From: an uncultured Candidatus Saccharibacteria bacterium
GTDB lineage: Bacteria; Patescibacteriota; Saccharimonadia; Saccharimonadales; Saccharimonadaceae
Assembly (NCBI GenBank): GCA_946406665.1
Contig: CAMJLE010000002.1
Location: 1,200 to 65,199, forward strand
Reading direction: 5' to 3'
Length of the DNA: 64,000 nt
Shown in pieces: positions 63,834-64,000 of the stretch. Position 1 is the first letter of the stretch. Each line of letters starts with the position of its first letter. The notes under the pieces were generated by a model. The model was not told the origin of the DNA, searched no databases, and saw only the letters and a program-made list of their open reading frames with translations. A program made the position numbers and the translations under genes.

Positions 63834-64000
63834 ATGAGCAAGCGTTTCGATTATGACCTGGCCGTCATTGGAAGTGGCGACGCAGGCGGTAAAGCGGCCT
63901 TAATTGCAGCCGAATCAGGACTGCGCGTAGTCTTGATTGAAGCAAACAAATGGGGCGGATCTAGCCTCAACTCAACAAATGTGCCTTTTGGCGCACTCTT
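63834..64000 (+). CDS. FAD-dependent pyridine nucleotide-disulfide oxidoreductase (dihydrolipoyl dehydrogenase-like), N-terminal fragment at window end
   Basis: My translation gives MSKRFDYDLAVIGSGDAGGKAALIAAESGLRVVLIEANKWGGSSLNSTNVPFGAL, containing the GxGxxG FAD fold. Confidence 0.6.
   Translation, partial: MSKRFDYDLAVIGSGDAGGKAALIAAESGLRVVLIEANKWGGSSLNSTNVPFGAL

Noticed and set aside
1-64000. Alternative genetic code with TGA as a sense codon (code 4 or 25), suggested by four in-frame TGAs
   Set aside because: At least nine genes end at TGA at natural C-termini: rnhA, tsaB, tsaE, the 28568 ORF, glgB, the RimK-associated protease, DUF2726, the methylase and GntR. Several have ATGA start/stop overlaps or a terminator directly after. 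Reading through would extend them tens of codons into neighbouring genes. Most long genes contain no TGA. Global recoding is therefore unlikely. Local nonsense mutation or sequencing error is the default explanation.
1-64000. Mobile elements or prophage near the tRNA genes
   Set aside because: No integrase, transposase, phage structural genes or tRNA-fragment direct repeats were seen next to any of the six tRNAs.

Overview
Gene-dense 64-kb chromosomal segment from a small-genome bacterium. Gene content suggests Patescibacteria/CPR, probably Saccharibacteria-like: type IV pilus genes, comEC, short versions of housekeeping genes, LPXTG and other surface proteins, and almost no biosynthetic genes. 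This assignment is an inference.

Housekeeping genes I recognise include murJ (partial), ftsH, rpsT, rnhA, rny, tsaB/tsaE, metG, rsmA, tilS, recX/recA, yebC, dut, glgB, rimK, pilB, rplS, an rnhB-yraN fusion, rubrerythrin, ruvB, a dnaJ-like gene and ruvA/ruvC. There are six tRNAs with encoded CCA: Pro-TGG, Pro-CGG, Leu-CAG, Ser-TGA, CAT, and no others seen. I found no rRNA, CRISPR array, transposase or integrase.

The most unusual region is 44.1-48.3 kb. An AT-rich restriction-modification-like trio (DUF2726 protein, DUF262+HNH nuclease, EcoRI-like N6-adenine methyltransferase) is bracketed by four paralogous non-annotated cassettes. One lies at 44.17-44.40 kb and three lie in tandem at 47.4-48.3 kb, inside the only long ORF-free gap of the window. 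Each cassette combines:
- a structured leader showing compensatory stem changes between copies;
- a conserved 19-27 aa cationic sORF, with identical residues encoded by different codons between copies;
- a convergent ~65-75 nt antisense RNA with a perfect extended -10 promoter and an intrinsic terminator.

This resembles a par/Fst-type type I toxin-antitoxin layout with an atypical peptide. A separate ~225-nt structured RNA with its own promoter and terminator sits directly upstream of the methyltransferase.

Other oddities:
- four in-frame TGA codons interrupt otherwise intact frames (two in comEC, one in a lamin-tail-domain surface protein, one in a ygjV-like remnant);
- two genes have good Shine-Dalgarno (SD) sites but ATA or ATT where ATG is expected;
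- several promoters look leaderless.

All coordinates come from reading the sequence by hand. No searches or computations were run.
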